Below the pieces are notes generated by a model. It made no database searches and was not told the DNA's origin. It was given only the letters and a program-made list of their open reading frames with translations. The position numbers and the translations under genes are program-made. From the NCBI GenBank assembly GCA_015062525.1, contig SUUM01000004.1:24547-88546 (forward strand): 64,000 bases of DNA, given 5' to 3'. Each line of letters opens with the position of its first letter. Positions within the stretch are counted from its first letter, which is position 1. This document shows, piece by piece, positions 49,986-59,811 of this stretch. The DNA comes from Alphaproteobacteria bacterium (GTDB lineage Bacteria; Pseudomonadota; Alphaproteobacteria; Rs-D84).

Positions 49986-50001
49986 TCAAAAGGCACATAA
50001 T

Positions 50002-51201
50002 ATGCAACAGAGACAATTAAACAAATTAAAAGAAATAACCAAACAAAATTTTAGCTTTGTTCCTGCAGATAAAAATATGTATGGAATCAAATACTATGAA
50101 CACAAATGCACAAATGATGCTGAGTACCATGAAATTGCAGGTATATTAAATCAATACCCCAATATGTTCTATACTTGCATAGAACATAAAGACAACACTG
50201 TTTCTATTGCAGTTTTACAAAATATTTTGGACAAAAAACGCATAGAAAATATAATGTGGCACAAAGATTGCCAAGCATCAAAAGTAGAATCCATAGGTAA
50301 AATTCATGGAAATGATATTTTTTTGGAACAAATCCCGACACAATCTGGAACAATGCACAACGTTATCAATCACAGCAACCGGGCAGTCGCAATCGTAAAT
50401 ATTAACGGCTATCGGTTGCCCTTTTATGTCTCTTCTGGAATTTCCGGGAAGGAAACAGAATATGGTATACCGTCAGAAAAATGGTATCCTTTGCAGGGAA
50501 TATCAGACAGTGGTTGGTTAAATAAAATGCCCGACATGCAAAAAAATCCATACCCAGAACTGGACGAAATTTGCAAAATTCTGGAAACAAAATTCCCCGC
50601 CACAAAATACAAAGAAATGGCACTGAACGAAAGTTTGCCTAGAGCCGACAAAACCATACTTTTGGAATATGCGAACAGCAACTTTCCCGAAGGAACCCCT
50701 TTTAATGAAAACGGATTATACCAATACTACAGAAATCACATAATATATTTGCCAGCAATAATAGACGCATGGCGTTCTAAACCAAATGACTATTTAGAAA
50801 TATCAAAAGGAGTGTTGCAGATTTCTGAATTGAACACAGTAGACAAAATTCGCACATTAGATTTGATGGCCAACTCATCATTAGATGGCGATTATATCTG
50901 GTTAAAACCCGTCCAACATCAATTAAAAAACCAGACAGGCGCAGAAACAAGCCAAAACATACAGAATCAACTGCACAACATTGGTATTTTTTCCAATACC
51001 GTTGTTAGCTCTGATAATAAAAATGGGTTTGGTATACCAATCCAAATATTTCAAGACTATTTTAGACAAAAACAAACACAGAAATTTGTGGATGCCACAC
51101 AAAAAATTGATAAGACAGATTCAAAAAAAGACAAAAGACAAAATATTTCACAACATATTATGAAACGCTTTAAAGACCTTCTTGATAACTATAAACGGTG
51201 A
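50002..51201 (+). CDS. hypothetical protein (399 aa, no recognisable domain)
   Basis: Driven by the R2 promoter; AAAGG RBS. Confidence 0.5.
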   Translation: MQQRQLNKLKEITKQNFSFVPADKNMYGIKYYEHKCTNDAEYHEIAGILNQYPNMFYTCIEHKDNTVSIAVLQNILDKKRIENIMWHKDCQASKVESIGKIHGNDIFLEQIPTQSGTMHNVINHSNRAVAIVNINGYRLPFYVSSGISGKETEYGIPSEKWYPLQGISDSGWLNKMPDMQKNPYPELDEICKILETKFPATKYKEMALNESLPRADKTILLEYANSNFPEGTPFNENGLYQYYRNHIIYLPAIIDAWRSKPNDYLEISKGVLQISELNTVDKIRTLDLMANSSLDGDYIWLKPVQHQLKNQTGAETSQNIQNQLHNIGIFSNTVVSSDNKNGFGIPIQIFQDYFRQKQTQKFVDATQKIDKTDSKKDKRQNISQHIMKRFKDLLDNYKR

Positions 51202-51492
51202 GGCGATGTGTGATGCAGGCTGAGTAATCAACTGTCTGAAACCATTGGAAATCTTGGACTTTGGACTCGCCTTGGTATCCCGACAAAGGCTACCCGTTTA
51301 GAAACGCACCAAATGGTGCGTTTTTTCGTTGGTGGTTCCCTGCTCTTTTGATTTTTGGATTGGGCGCAACACCCATGCGGGGCGGGAGGGTTTTATTTTA
51401 TTCGGGGCGCACAAATCCAACCCAAATCCGCCCCACGACCCCAAAACACCAAAAACTGTGATGCAAAGTGTGATGCAGTGTGGTATAATTTG
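51197..51492. repeat. modular repeat copy R3 (promoter-exit variant, TGgTATAAT at 51481..51489)
   Basis: Same architecture as R2; perfect extended -10 consensus 25 bp upstream of the next ATG. Confidence 0.85.
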
Positions 51493-51514
51493 TAGGAAAA
51501 TAAAGGGATAAGTT

Positions 51515-52612
51515 ATGACCAAGATACCAACAGTCAGAGAAATGGAAGAATTATTACTGCGTGATTCCACAACAGACGATTTGATGCCGGGCATGCCCGA
51601 TAAAGACATGCCTGAAAAACAAATAACCGCAGCAGATGTAAAACACGATGTCTCGGTCTTGGCACGATTGCTAATTCGTGCGTATGTTGGATGGCCGGTT
51701 CACAGCCAGATAATAAAAAGAAAGGTTCTTAAAGACCTGGTTGATATTTATAACAATGCCCACGATATGACGGCGATGGAGTTTTTTGAACAACTGAAAC
51801 CGGTCCTGTCATATATCCCAGACAATCACATATCGCTGCGTTTTAATAGGCAACGCGTTGGAACACACAGGACGCGCAAGGCAGTCAATGTCGGAAAAAA
51901 TATTGCTGGCGACAAACAAATTGCCACACAGATGAAAAATGGCATCGCCATAATCGGCTTTACACGCATGTTGCGCAATGATGATTTTGCCAACACAATT
52001 CTTGAATTTGCTAAAAACACACTGCCCAAATCCACCGCATTGATAATAGACCTGCGTGGCAATGGTGGCGGAAACAGTTTTTATTCCGACAAGTTCTCGG
52101 AACATCTGTGTGGCACACGGATTGATAGCATGAAAGAAGTATATATCAGGGCCACCCCAGAGGCAAAAAAACTACAACATGCGGCACAACCAAATGCCGG
52201 CTGGAAAGATGTTCCGGAATCAGAAGAACTGACATTATGGAAAACAGGCAAAAACTATACGGCCAATCCAGAGAAAGCGTATATGAAACCGATATATATT
52301 CTGACCGATGGCCAGACCGGGTCCAGTGCAGAAATGTTCCTGTTGCGCATGATTCACCACCCATGTGTTCATGTTGTTGGCGATAATTCAGCTGGAATGG
52401 AAGAATACGGCAATATGGCAAACAGTTTCCTGCCACACAGCCAAATAACCGTTGCAGTCGGTATGAACTATCGCAAATTATTACAAGAAGATTTCGAATT
52501 AAATGGACACGACCCCGACATCAAATGTCCAGATGGCACAGATGCATTTGCCGTTGCAATGGCCCAGATTGAAAAAGCCAAAACATTACAATCGCAGACA
52601 CCCGAAAGATAG
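51515..52612 (+). CDS. S41-family (C-terminal processing/tail-specific protease-like) peptidase
   Basis: IIDLRGNGGGNS motif typical of S41 peptidases; no signal peptide. Confidence 0.55.
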   Translation: MTKIPTVREMEELLLRDSTTDDLMPGMPDKDMPEKQITAADVKHDVSVLARLLIRAYVGWPVHSQIIKRKVLKDLVDIYNNAHDMTAMEFFEQLKPVLSYIPDNHISLRFNRQRVGTHRTRKAVNVGKNIAGDKQIATQMKNGIAIIGFTRMLRNDDFANTILEFAKNTLPKSTALIIDLRGNGGGNSFYSDKFSEHLCGTRIDSMKEVYIRATPEAKKLQHAAQPNAGWKDVPESEELTLWKTGKNYTANPEKAYMKPIYILTDGQTGSSAEMFLLRMIHHPCVHVVGDNSAGMEEYGNMANSFLPHSQITVAVGMNYRKLLQEDFELNGHDPDIKCPDGTDAFAVAMAQIEKAKTLQSQTPER

Positions 52613-52622
52613 TCCAAAAATC

Positions 52623-53261
52623 CTACACTGCTTGCGATAACCAATCCGGCATATCAATCAGCGTGAATTTTTCACCATCATATTCCAGTTTGAAATATTC
52701 TGCATTTGGCATTCCGCCACGTGGCCATTTTATATCTGTGAATTGTTTGATTATATTTTTCGCCACCCCCGTATGTGTTGCAATGGCGATTGTTTTGCCG
52801 TCTGAGTTTTTTACGATATCCAATATCGCATTACGAACACGCGCAATAAACATATTATAACTTTCACCGTTTGGTGGGACATAATCGTCATTAGACAGCA
52901 ATGCAAACGGTGCATAAATTACATCACCTGACATATCAATCGGGGTATCTGCAGGGCTATCAGTCAATTTTACAATATGTCCACAAAAATCACCCATATT
53001 CCATTCACGCAAATCACCATTTTGTATAATCTGTTGGTCGCCAGCCACCGCACGTGCTGTATCCAATGCACGCGACAACGACGAAGAATACACAACATCA
53101 AACTTTATACCCGACAATTTTTGTGCCAATGCTTGTGCCTGGGCCACACCATTGGCATTTAATGGCACGTCCAGCCACCCCTGCATACGTTTTTGGATAT
53201 TTGCGTCTGTTTCGCCATGTCGAAAGATATAAAGTATTTTTTTCATGATAGAATTATACAA
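52623..53261 (-). CDS. histidine phosphatase (phosphoglycerate mutase-like) family protein
   Basis: N-terminal RHGETDAN catalytic motif. Confidence 0.7.
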   Translation of the reverse strand: MYNSIMKKILYIFRHGETDANIQKRMQGWLDVPLNANGVAQAQALAQKLSGIKFDVVYSSSLSRALDTARAVAGDQQIIQNGDLREWNMGDFCGHIVKLTDSPADTPIDMSGDVIYAPFALLSNDDYVPPNGESYNMFIARVRNAILDIVKNSDGKTIAIATHTGVAKNIIKQFTDIKWPRGGMPNAEYFKLEYDGEKFTLIDMPDWLSQAV

Positions 53262-53289
53262 TCTAAACCACCAATTATCAACATGTGTT

Positions 53290-53345
53290 ATCTGTTAAAA
53301 TGCTATGTGAGGCGATTTGTGATGCACTAATAAAAAAACCGCCCA
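53290..53345. repeat. partial modular repeat R4 (head motif + terminator)
   Basis: gctatgtgaggcgatttgtgatgca followed by ctaataaaaaaaccgcccaatcgggcgggg. Confidence 0.7.
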
Positions 53346-53361
53346 ATCGGGCGGGGTAATA

Positions 53362-54255
53362 TTACCTGTCGTTTTGGTTGTTATTTTTTGCCCAGGACTT
53401 TTGCATCTGATATTTTATTTCATCAAATCTAAATTCTGCAAAACCAATCAATTCAGACAAAAGCATTTCTTTTTCAGCGCGCGTAAATTTGCGCGGTTTA
53501 TGGGTTGCGACAAAATCCGCACGCATTTGGCGTAATTTTGTAGTCTGTTCCCCTGTTGGCATTTTGTGTGGTGACAAAGCCCTGTCTGTGCGAACAATAT
53601 TATTCTGGCGCAGGTTTATGTACGCCATATCGCCGGGACCTTCGGTATAATTTTGATATTTGAAACCAGTCAGACCAATTGATTCAAAATACAAAATCAT
53701 ACGCTGAAAGAACAAGTTTTCTGCGCTGTGGATATCAAATAATGTTTCCAAACCTAATTCTGTTTGTATTGCTTCCACAGTCATTGTGCTACGCACCGGT
53801 TCACATATCCAATCAAACTGCCACGGCACATCAATGTCCTTATCCAACACCGCTTGTTTTGCTGTTTCAATCTGTTTGCGAAACTCAGATTCGTCATGAA
53901 TATTCAACACACGAATGAAGTCGGCAATTTTATCGCCACACATATACTGAAATAAAACCCCCATAAAGTTCTGCACACTGTGGTCGTTCAGGTCTGGTAT
54001 TTCATCCCAACGCCCAGCCTGCAAATTCACGGGTATTATCTTGGGCTTTGTAATATCAATATTTGGGTCGCGTTTCCATTTTCCTTCGTTCAGATTGGTT
54101 TGTGCATTCACCAATTTGCCAAAGTGTGTCAATGGGCGAAAATAATCAAAATCATAATAAGTGCCATGATACATTGTTAAAGGTTTGCCATCTGTCCCCA
54201 ACAACACCGGCGATAAACAATCGGGCATATCAATAATATATGGAAACGAAACCAT
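53362..54255 (-). CDS. hypothetical protein (297 aa)
   Basis: Start overlaps the GNAT gene stop (operon); no recognisable domain. Confidence 0.5.
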   Translation of the reverse strand: MVSFPYIIDMPDCLSPVLLGTDGKPLTMYHGTYYDFDYFRPLTHFGKLVNAQTNLNEGKWKRDPNIDITKPKIIPVNLQAGRWDEIPDLNDHSVQNFMGVLFQYMCGDKIADFIRVLNIHDESEFRKQIETAKQAVLDKDIDVPWQFDWICEPVRSTMTVEAIQTELGLETLFDIHSAENLFFQRMILYFESIGLTGFKYQNYTEGPGDMAYINLRQNNIVRTDRALSPHKMPTGEQTTKLRQMRADFVATHKPRKFTRAEKEMLLSELIGFAEFRFDEIKYQMQKSWAKNNNQNDR

Positions 54256-54836
54256 TACTTACCCTTATATTCCGACTTTAGTTTCGAAAACAACAGATGA
54301 TTCATATATGTGCCGTCTGGCATTTTATTCGCAGCACGTTCAACACCATCCAGTTGATAACCAGCCTTTTTAATCGAATTTACCGAACAAACATTGCCCT
54401 CCATCGCCTGACGACAGATACGATTTACCCCCAGTTCTTCAAAACCCAATTTATCAATCAGCTTATGCACTTCCTGATTAAAGCCTTGGCCGCGAGCAGA
54501 TTTAATAAACCATACACTGGAACACTGTATCGTATCACAATGGTCTATGTAGTGAAACCGCTGATATCCAACGAATTTGCCATTATGAAAGATATACCAA
54601 ACAACACCGTCTTTATAACCTGCCTCTCGCTGCATCAATTTTAACAGTTCATCGACAGATTCAGGCAAATGATTTTTGTATGATGCTGAATACCGCATAT
54701 ACTGATAATCGGCTGGATTTTCATTTTTCAGCACATCCCACAACATCTGTGCGTTCGCAATAGTTGGCTTTAATACTCGCAACTCTAAACGTTCCGTCTT
54801 AATATCGCGATTAAATATTTCATAAAATTTTTCCAT
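54255..54836 (-). CDS. GNAT family N-acetyltransferase (RimJ/RimL-like)
   Basis: 193 aa with acetyl-CoA-binding motifs (Q/R-x-x-G-x-G/A pattern ARGQGFNQ). Confidence 0.65.
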   Translation of the reverse strand: MEKFYEIFNRDIKTERLELRVLKPTIANAQMLWDVLKNENPADYQYMRYSASYKNHLPESVDELLKLMQREAGYKDGVVWYIFHNGKFVGYQRFHYIDHCDTIQCSSVWFIKSARGQGFNQEVHKLIDKLGFEELGVNRICRQAMEGNVCSVNSIKKAGYQLDGVERAANKMPDGTYMNHLLFSKLKSEYKGK

Positions 54837-54888
54837 CTACTTTGTCCTTTTGTTATCCCATTTATTTTATCACATTTTTTGTTAAAAT

Positions 54889-55195
54889 GCTATGTGATGC
54901 GATGTGTGATGCAGGCGGACCAAATCAACTGTCTGAAAATATTGGAAATCTGGGACTTTGGACTTGCCTTGGCATTCCGACAAAGGCTACCCGTTTAAAA
55001 ACGCACCAAACGGTGCGTTTTTTGTTTGGTTTTCCCTGCCCTGTTGAGTTTTTATGCTTGGCGCGCCACCTGCGCAGGGCGGATGGGTTTTATTTTATTC
55101 GGGGCGTGCAAACGCAACCAAATCCTACCCCACGTCCCCAAAACACCAAAAACTGTGATGCAACAATAAAAATCCGCCCATTTGGGCGGGTTTAT
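54889..55195. repeat. modular repeat copy R5 (terminator-exit variant)
   Basis: Full-length copy ending ctgtgatgcaacaataaaaa + hairpin ccgcccatttgggcgg. Confidence 0.85.
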
Positions 55196-55215
55196 CTTGT
55201 TAAATATTTTCACAA

Positions 55216-55782
55216 TTATTCTGCGTCCTGTTGTTTCTTGCGCAACATTAATTCTGGTTTGCCAGCATTTAATTCTGGCGACACTGCAAAACCCAATCCG
55301 TCTATGAATGATTGAATCTGAGATTTCACTTGCGCCACATCCACATCATCGGCGGTGCAATATTCCACCTCTAAAAACAGCCCCAGATCTGCCACAGTTT
55401 CAAATTCAATTGTATAATCGCCCGCACGGTATGTGCGTTTCAGGTTGTCAATCCGTATCAATTCACGCAACCCCAGCGCATTCATAATATCGCACAAAGT
55501 TGACATATCAGCAACGGTTGTTTCGGATTCATCAGAATACAACCATGTGTCACCGTCAAAATGGTCGTACTTGTACGTGATATAATTTGTGCCGTCTTTT
55601 GCACGTGTGCGACAGCATGCATACAAGCGGCCATTGCTGTCGGGTTGTAAATCTGGGCGCAATGGGTCGTAATAGTATGTATCCACCGTACGTTTATCGC
55701 CCAAGAAGTCAAATTCAGATAATTTACGCAGAACATCTGCTTCGTCTGCGAAAACCTGAACCAAGATTTCAATTTCTTTCAT
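55216..55782 (-). CDS. CYTH-domain protein (triphosphate tunnel metalloenzyme / class IV adenylate-cyclase-like)
   Basis: N-terminal KEIEIL and C-terminal GLFLEVEY motifs typical of CYTH; the Lys of EIExK is replaced. Confidence 0.55.
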   Translation of the reverse strand: MKEIEILVQVFADEADVLRKLSEFDFLGDKRTVDTYYYDPLRPDLQPDSNGRLYACCRTRAKDGTNYITYKYDHFDGDTWLYSDESETTVADMSTLCDIMNALGLRELIRIDNLKRTYRAGDYTIEFETVADLGLFLEVEYCTADDVDVAQVKSQIQSFIDGLGFAVSPELNAGKPELMLRKKQQDAE

Positions 55783-56170
55783 AAGATGCACCCTTTGTGA
55801 TATTCTAAACCGCTTTTTCAGAAATATCAATATTTTCCAATGGAATATAATGTCTGTGACACAAGTAAATCCGCCGGCAGTTGTGGATGGAATAGCAGGT
55901 CCAGGATTGGCACCCAGTGCATATCATCGTGGACACGCAGTTGGATTTCGTATGTGTGGTCCAAAATCTTGTATACGTGCGGAATTACACAAGCAGAAAA
56001 TATTGCGCAACCGATAAGAATCTTTTGTTATCCCGCAATTCAATGCTCACCCAAATTCAACAGATGTCAAAAAGGATTGTATGCTGTGAAAAAATCAGCA
56101 TATATAAACTTTGACAACATAAATATTGTAATCTATACTGATTCTATAACCCCAGCCATAAGGATTTGAA

Positions 56171-57016
56171 ATGCCTGAAAAAAACACCCTGTATGATAAT
56201 TTGCGCAATCCAGTTTCAACAATTGAACGCGGGCAACCAATCCCCAGCGGATTGAACAAGCTGTCTGTGCATGTATGGATTGTAAATGATGCCGGCGAAT
56301 ACCTGTTGCAACAACGCATGGGTACGGCCAAGAAATTTCCAAATATGTGGGGCCAGACTGGTGGCGGGGCAATCGCAGGCGAATCCAGTTGGGATGCGTG
56401 TGTTCGCGAAACAATGGAAGAGTTAGGACTGACACCAGACCCAAAAAAATCTGTATTGGTTGGCACAATTAAGCGACCGATAGATTTCGTTGATGTGTGG
56501 CTAGTGCACAGTAATGTTAAAATTTCTGATTTAAAACCACAGGCAAGCGAGGTGCAATCCGTCAAGTGGGCAACACTGGCGGATATTCAACACATGCAGT
56601 ACGACAATGAATTTATTCCGTCTATTGTTCCAGGGTTTAATATGGTTTTGAATTATCAGAAAATGGTAAATCCCACGCCAGTAAATGCACGTGATTTCTT
56701 GGGCAAATTAGTGCGTGTACAAATGGACAGGCCCCTGGGCAGCAAACATCCAAAACACGGCTTTACATACGAAGTGAATTATGGTTTTATCCCAAACACC
56801 ATATCGGGCGATGGCGAGGAGTTAGATGCGTATGTATTGGGGCCAGATTATCCGTTAAAGGATTTTCTGGGACGATGTATTGCAATCATTCACCGTACTA
56901 ATGACAACGACGATAAACTGATTGTTGTACCGGATGGGTTTGATTTTGCAGATGAATATATTGAACAAAAAACTGCTTTCCAAGAACAGTGGTTCAAGCA
57001 CACGATTATAAGATAA
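56171..57016 (+). CDS. NUDIX hydrolase fused to an inorganic pyrophosphatase-like domain
   Basis: Nudix box GGGAIAGESSWDACVRETMEELGL; C-terminal region matches family I PPase (YEVNYGFIPNTISGDGEELDAYVLG vs E. coli [23 protein letters not shown]). Confidence 0.65.
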   Translation: MPEKNTLYDNLRNPVSTIERGQPIPSGLNKLSVHVWIVNDAGEYLLQQRMGTAKKFPNMWGQTGGGAIAGESSWDACVRETMEELGLTPDPKKSVLVGTIKRPIDFVDVWLVHSNVKISDLKPQASEVQSVKWATLADIQHMQYDNEFIPSIVPGFNMVLNYQKMVNPTPVNARDFLGKLVRVQMDRPLGSKHPKHGFTYEVNYGFIPNTISGDGEELDAYVLGPDYPLKDFLGRCIAIIHRTNDNDDKLIVVPDGFDFADEYIEQKTAFQEQWFKHTIIR

Positions 57017-57035
57017 AATCAAGGGGGGGATAGTC

Positions 57036-57440
57036 ATGCGAACACAAACAACAAGCAGATGTTTAATTGTTCAAGGTGATAGCATCGTTTTATGCAAGCA
57101 CTTGGCTGGCGGTTATTATTTCTTGCCTGGTGGTGGATTGGAAATTGGCGAAACATTGAATCAGTGCATTACACGTGAACTGAATGAAGAAATGGGCGTT
57201 GCAGAATCTGACATCACTATTCATGATGGCATCTTATTGGCTATTGAAAATCAGGGCTATGATTCCAATGGAAATTTCCTGTACGGGATTGAAGTTATTA
57301 AACGTGTGGACATCGATGCAGATGACATAAGCAGCAAAGAGGATTTGATTGGCTTTGAAAAAGTGAAAATTTCTGATTTGCCAGGCACAAAATTATATCC
57401 TGTTGTTATTAAAAATTGGATAATAGAAAGATTCAAATAG
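57036..57440 (+). CDS. NUDIX hydrolase
   Basis: Nudix box GGGLEIGETLNQCITRELNEEMGV. Confidence 0.8.
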   Translation: MRTQTTSRCLIVQGDSIVLCKHLAGGYYFLPGGGLEIGETLNQCITRELNEEMGVAESDITIHDGILLAIENQGYDSNGNFLYGIEVIKRVDIDADDISSKEDLIGFEKVKISDLPGTKLYPVVIKNWIIERFK

Positions 57441-57455
57441 AAGGAACACTTACAA

Positions 57456-58205
57456 ATGACAAGATATTATTGCAGCGGTTTTGACCTTAATAATATTTTT
57501 GGACACGGACTTGGCAAGATGTTCAAAGCCGAACTAGAAGACACAAAGAGCATAGTCTATATTCCTGCTGGTGCGGAAAAAATAGAAAAAGCACGTGCAA
57601 AACATATTCCTAATTTCACAAAGCATTTCAAAAATGTGGGAATAGAATTTGAATCTGTAAATATCATCACGCCCGAACTGTCCCCCGCAGAAGCAAAGGA
57701 TATGATAAAAAATGCAAACTTTGTCATGCTGATGGGTGGTAACCCCTATAAGCAAAAAGACCTTTGTAAAAGTTTGAACATTTTAGACGACTTGAAGAAC
57801 TATAATGGTGTTATGCTGGGGTTTAGTGCGGGTGCTATGATGATGTCTAAATATATCATTATCACGCCTTGTAGTGATGAGTTTCCAAATTTTCATATTG
57901 AGCCAGGTTTAAATCTGGATGGCATTTCAATTTATCCACATAATAACACATCAGACAAGGATTATCCGGAAGAACTTGTTTCTGGTGATGAAGTGTATAA
58001 AAAGTCAGATTTGCTACAGGTTGCCAAAGATTATGGTAAATTCTATCTATTACAGGATAATTTAAGAGAAGATGGCCTAACAGATGTCAGCTTTATCAGA
58101 TGTTCTAATGGTAATGTTGAATTTTATATCGAAAACGATGGCAAGATTTGGTTAGTTGACAAGGATATAACGCTGGTTAAAAATAATGAACCGTTGGACT
58201 TTTGA
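57456..58205 (+). CDS. peptidase S51 (dipeptidase E/cyanophycinase-like) family protein
   Basis: LMGGNPY and GFSAGA (Ser nucleophile) motifs match PepE IVGGGNTF / GWSAGA. Confidence 0.6.
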   Translation: MTRYYCSGFDLNNIFGHGLGKMFKAELEDTKSIVYIPAGAEKIEKARAKHIPNFTKHFKNVGIEFESVNIITPELSPAEAKDMIKNANFVMLMGGNPYKQKDLCKSLNILDDLKNYNGVMLGFSAGAMMMSKYIIITPCSDEFPNFHIEPGLNLDGISIYPHNNTSDKDYPEELVSGDEVYKKSDLLQVAKDYGKFYLLQDNLREDGLTDVSFIRCSNGNVEFYIENDGKIWLVDKDITLVKNNEPLDF

Positions 58206-58524
58206 TAATGATGAATTGTTTGAACTAGTGCGCATAGGTCGAAAACGTGGAACCTGTGGCCGGAATTCTGACGAAGAACCAATGGCAAAAATTGGTGATG
58301 TTCAGGAAATCTATAATAGTCGTGGCGAAACAATACGAATTCAAATTACAGCCGTTCGAAAGTGTCGGTTTTGTGACATTGATGACGCATGGGCAAAAAT
58401 AGAGGGCGAAGGCGACCTGTCCCTGGCATACTGGCGTACGGTTCATATTGAATTTTTTAACAAATACTTTCCCGATTTTCAGGAAACTGATTGGCTGGAA
58501 TTAAACGAGTTTGTGGTTATATAA
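58186..58524 (+). CDS. ASCH (PUA-like) domain protein
   Basis: EGEGDLSLAYWRTVHIEFF pattern typical of the ASCH domain. Confidence 0.55.
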   Translation: MNRWTFDNDELFELVRIGRKRGTCGRNSDEEPMAKIGDVQEIYNSRGETIRIQITAVRKCRFCDIDDAWAKIEGEGDLSLAYWRTVHIEFFNKYFPDFQETDWLELNEFVVI

Positions 58525-59299
58525 CCTCTAATTCAATCCCCACAATGCCGTATTTTGATTCCATTTCGGCATCGTAAAATTTTGATATTGCGGACATCAA
58601 TGCGTTTAGCGATGCGAAACCGGTTCGGGGCATGCTGATTTTTGTGGCCAAGTCTGCAAAACTGCGCGCAATATGCAGGCGAACGATCTTTGCACGAATA
58701 TAATCATTGCGATTTTGCGCATCATATATCAGAATAACGTCGCCGTTGTGCATTCTGCGACGTTTTTCATCATACAGGCACAGTTCAATATCCTTTTCGC
58801 CGGAACGCACCATTTCATAATATTCAGGGCGCAAGCTCATTGAAAATTTACAGTCCAAGTTTGGCAAAATGTGCAGCGCATAAAATTCACGCATATCGTC
58901 AAATGGTGTGATTTTTGGGTTTAATAAGTCGTCGGGGGCAACCCATGCAACCGAAATTTCTTCGGGGCGATTTTCACAGAAATTCAATTCCATATCATCT
59001 GGGACGTGAACGATAAAAAAGTGATGTTCTTCGGCCCATGCGCCACGTTTTTGCGCCCGTTCGGGGGTTGGGTGACGAAATGCATATGGCACCGGAATTT
59101 CAACCACTTGGTCTGCCAGCGCAGATACAGCTTCGCCCAATTCTTCGGTCAGTTCACGCCGCAACGCAGTCAAAAAATCTTCGCCATCATCCAGTCGCCC
59201 GCCAATTGGTCCGTATCCGTTTTCGCCGTATTTTAATAGTGCAACCTGTCCATCACGCACTGGCAAGATATATGCTGAATAACTGATATCTTTTATCAT
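58517..59299 (-). CDS. NUDIX hydrolase fused to a C-terminal ASCH-like domain
   Basis: Nudix box PIGGRLDDGEDFLTALRRELTEELGE; C-terminal YYEMVRSGEKDIELCLYDEKRR..GDVILIY resembles ASCH. Confidence 0.6.
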   Translation of the reverse strand: MIKDISYSAYILPVRDGQVALLKYGENGYGPIGGRLDDGEDFLTALRRELTEELGEAVSALADQVVEIPVPYAFRHPTPERAQKRGAWAEEHHFFIVHVPDDMELNFCENRPEEISVAWVAPDDLLNPKITPFDDMREFYALHILPNLDCKFSMSLRPEYYEMVRSGEKDIELCLYDEKRRRMHNGDVILIYDAQNRNDYIRAKIVRLHIARSFADLATKISMPRTGFASLNALMSAISKFYDAEMESKYGIVGIELEVI

Positions 59300-59301
59300 C
59301 T

Positions 59302-59802
59302 CTATTCCTGGGGTTGTAGGGGTTCAATTGTTTGAATCGTCATATGTATTTCGCCTGATGGCACACTAACGGTTGTTTCATCCCCAACAGATAATCCGAC
59401 CAAGGGATGAACCAGTGGCATATTATATGCGTACTTTTGTTGCGGTATGTCTTCTGCCCCCAATGGCACAATCCCCAGCCTGCATTCTGTTTCTGCGCCA
59501 GTGGTTTCATTTTCTTGGGTCACGCATACCCAGCAATACAGTCCGACTGTTTCTGTGGTTGCCGGCTTATTCCTTGGTACGACAAGCATATTGTCCAGGT
59601 CTGCCAATAAATCAGCGACCAATTTTTCTGTCTGCTTTTCTTCCCTGGTCAAATGTTCATAGGCAAAATTATCATGCCATGTGTTTGTGTCTTCTGTGTA
59701 TGCAGCTGTCTTATCGTTGCGTATCTGGGCCAGTCGCTCTTGCAGCCCTTGAACCTTCCGTTGGGACTTATCAAAGTATTCTTTTGTTACAAAAATTTTC
59801 AT
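59302..59802 (-). CDS. GreA/GreB-domain protein (Rnk-like)
   Basis: C-terminal FKBP-like GreA domain pattern (VGLSVGDETTVSVPSGEIHMTIQTIE). Confidence 0.5.
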   Translation of the reverse strand: MKIFVTKEYFDKSQRKVQGLQERLAQIRNDKTAAYTEDTNTWHDNFAYEHLTREEKQTEKLVADLLADLDNMLVVPRNKPATTETVGLYCWVCVTQENETTGAETECRLGIVPLGAEDIPQQKYAYNMPLVHPLVGLSVGDETTVSVPSGEIHMTIQTIEPLQPQE

Positions 59803-59811
59803 TTCTGTTCC

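Noticed and set aside
49081-55195. Classical integron (intI-attI-attC cassettes)
   Set aside because: No integrase gene is present in the window. The repeats are ~300 bp and carry their own promoters and terminators, unlike attC sites. They are retained as a novel modular repeat array rather than called an integron.
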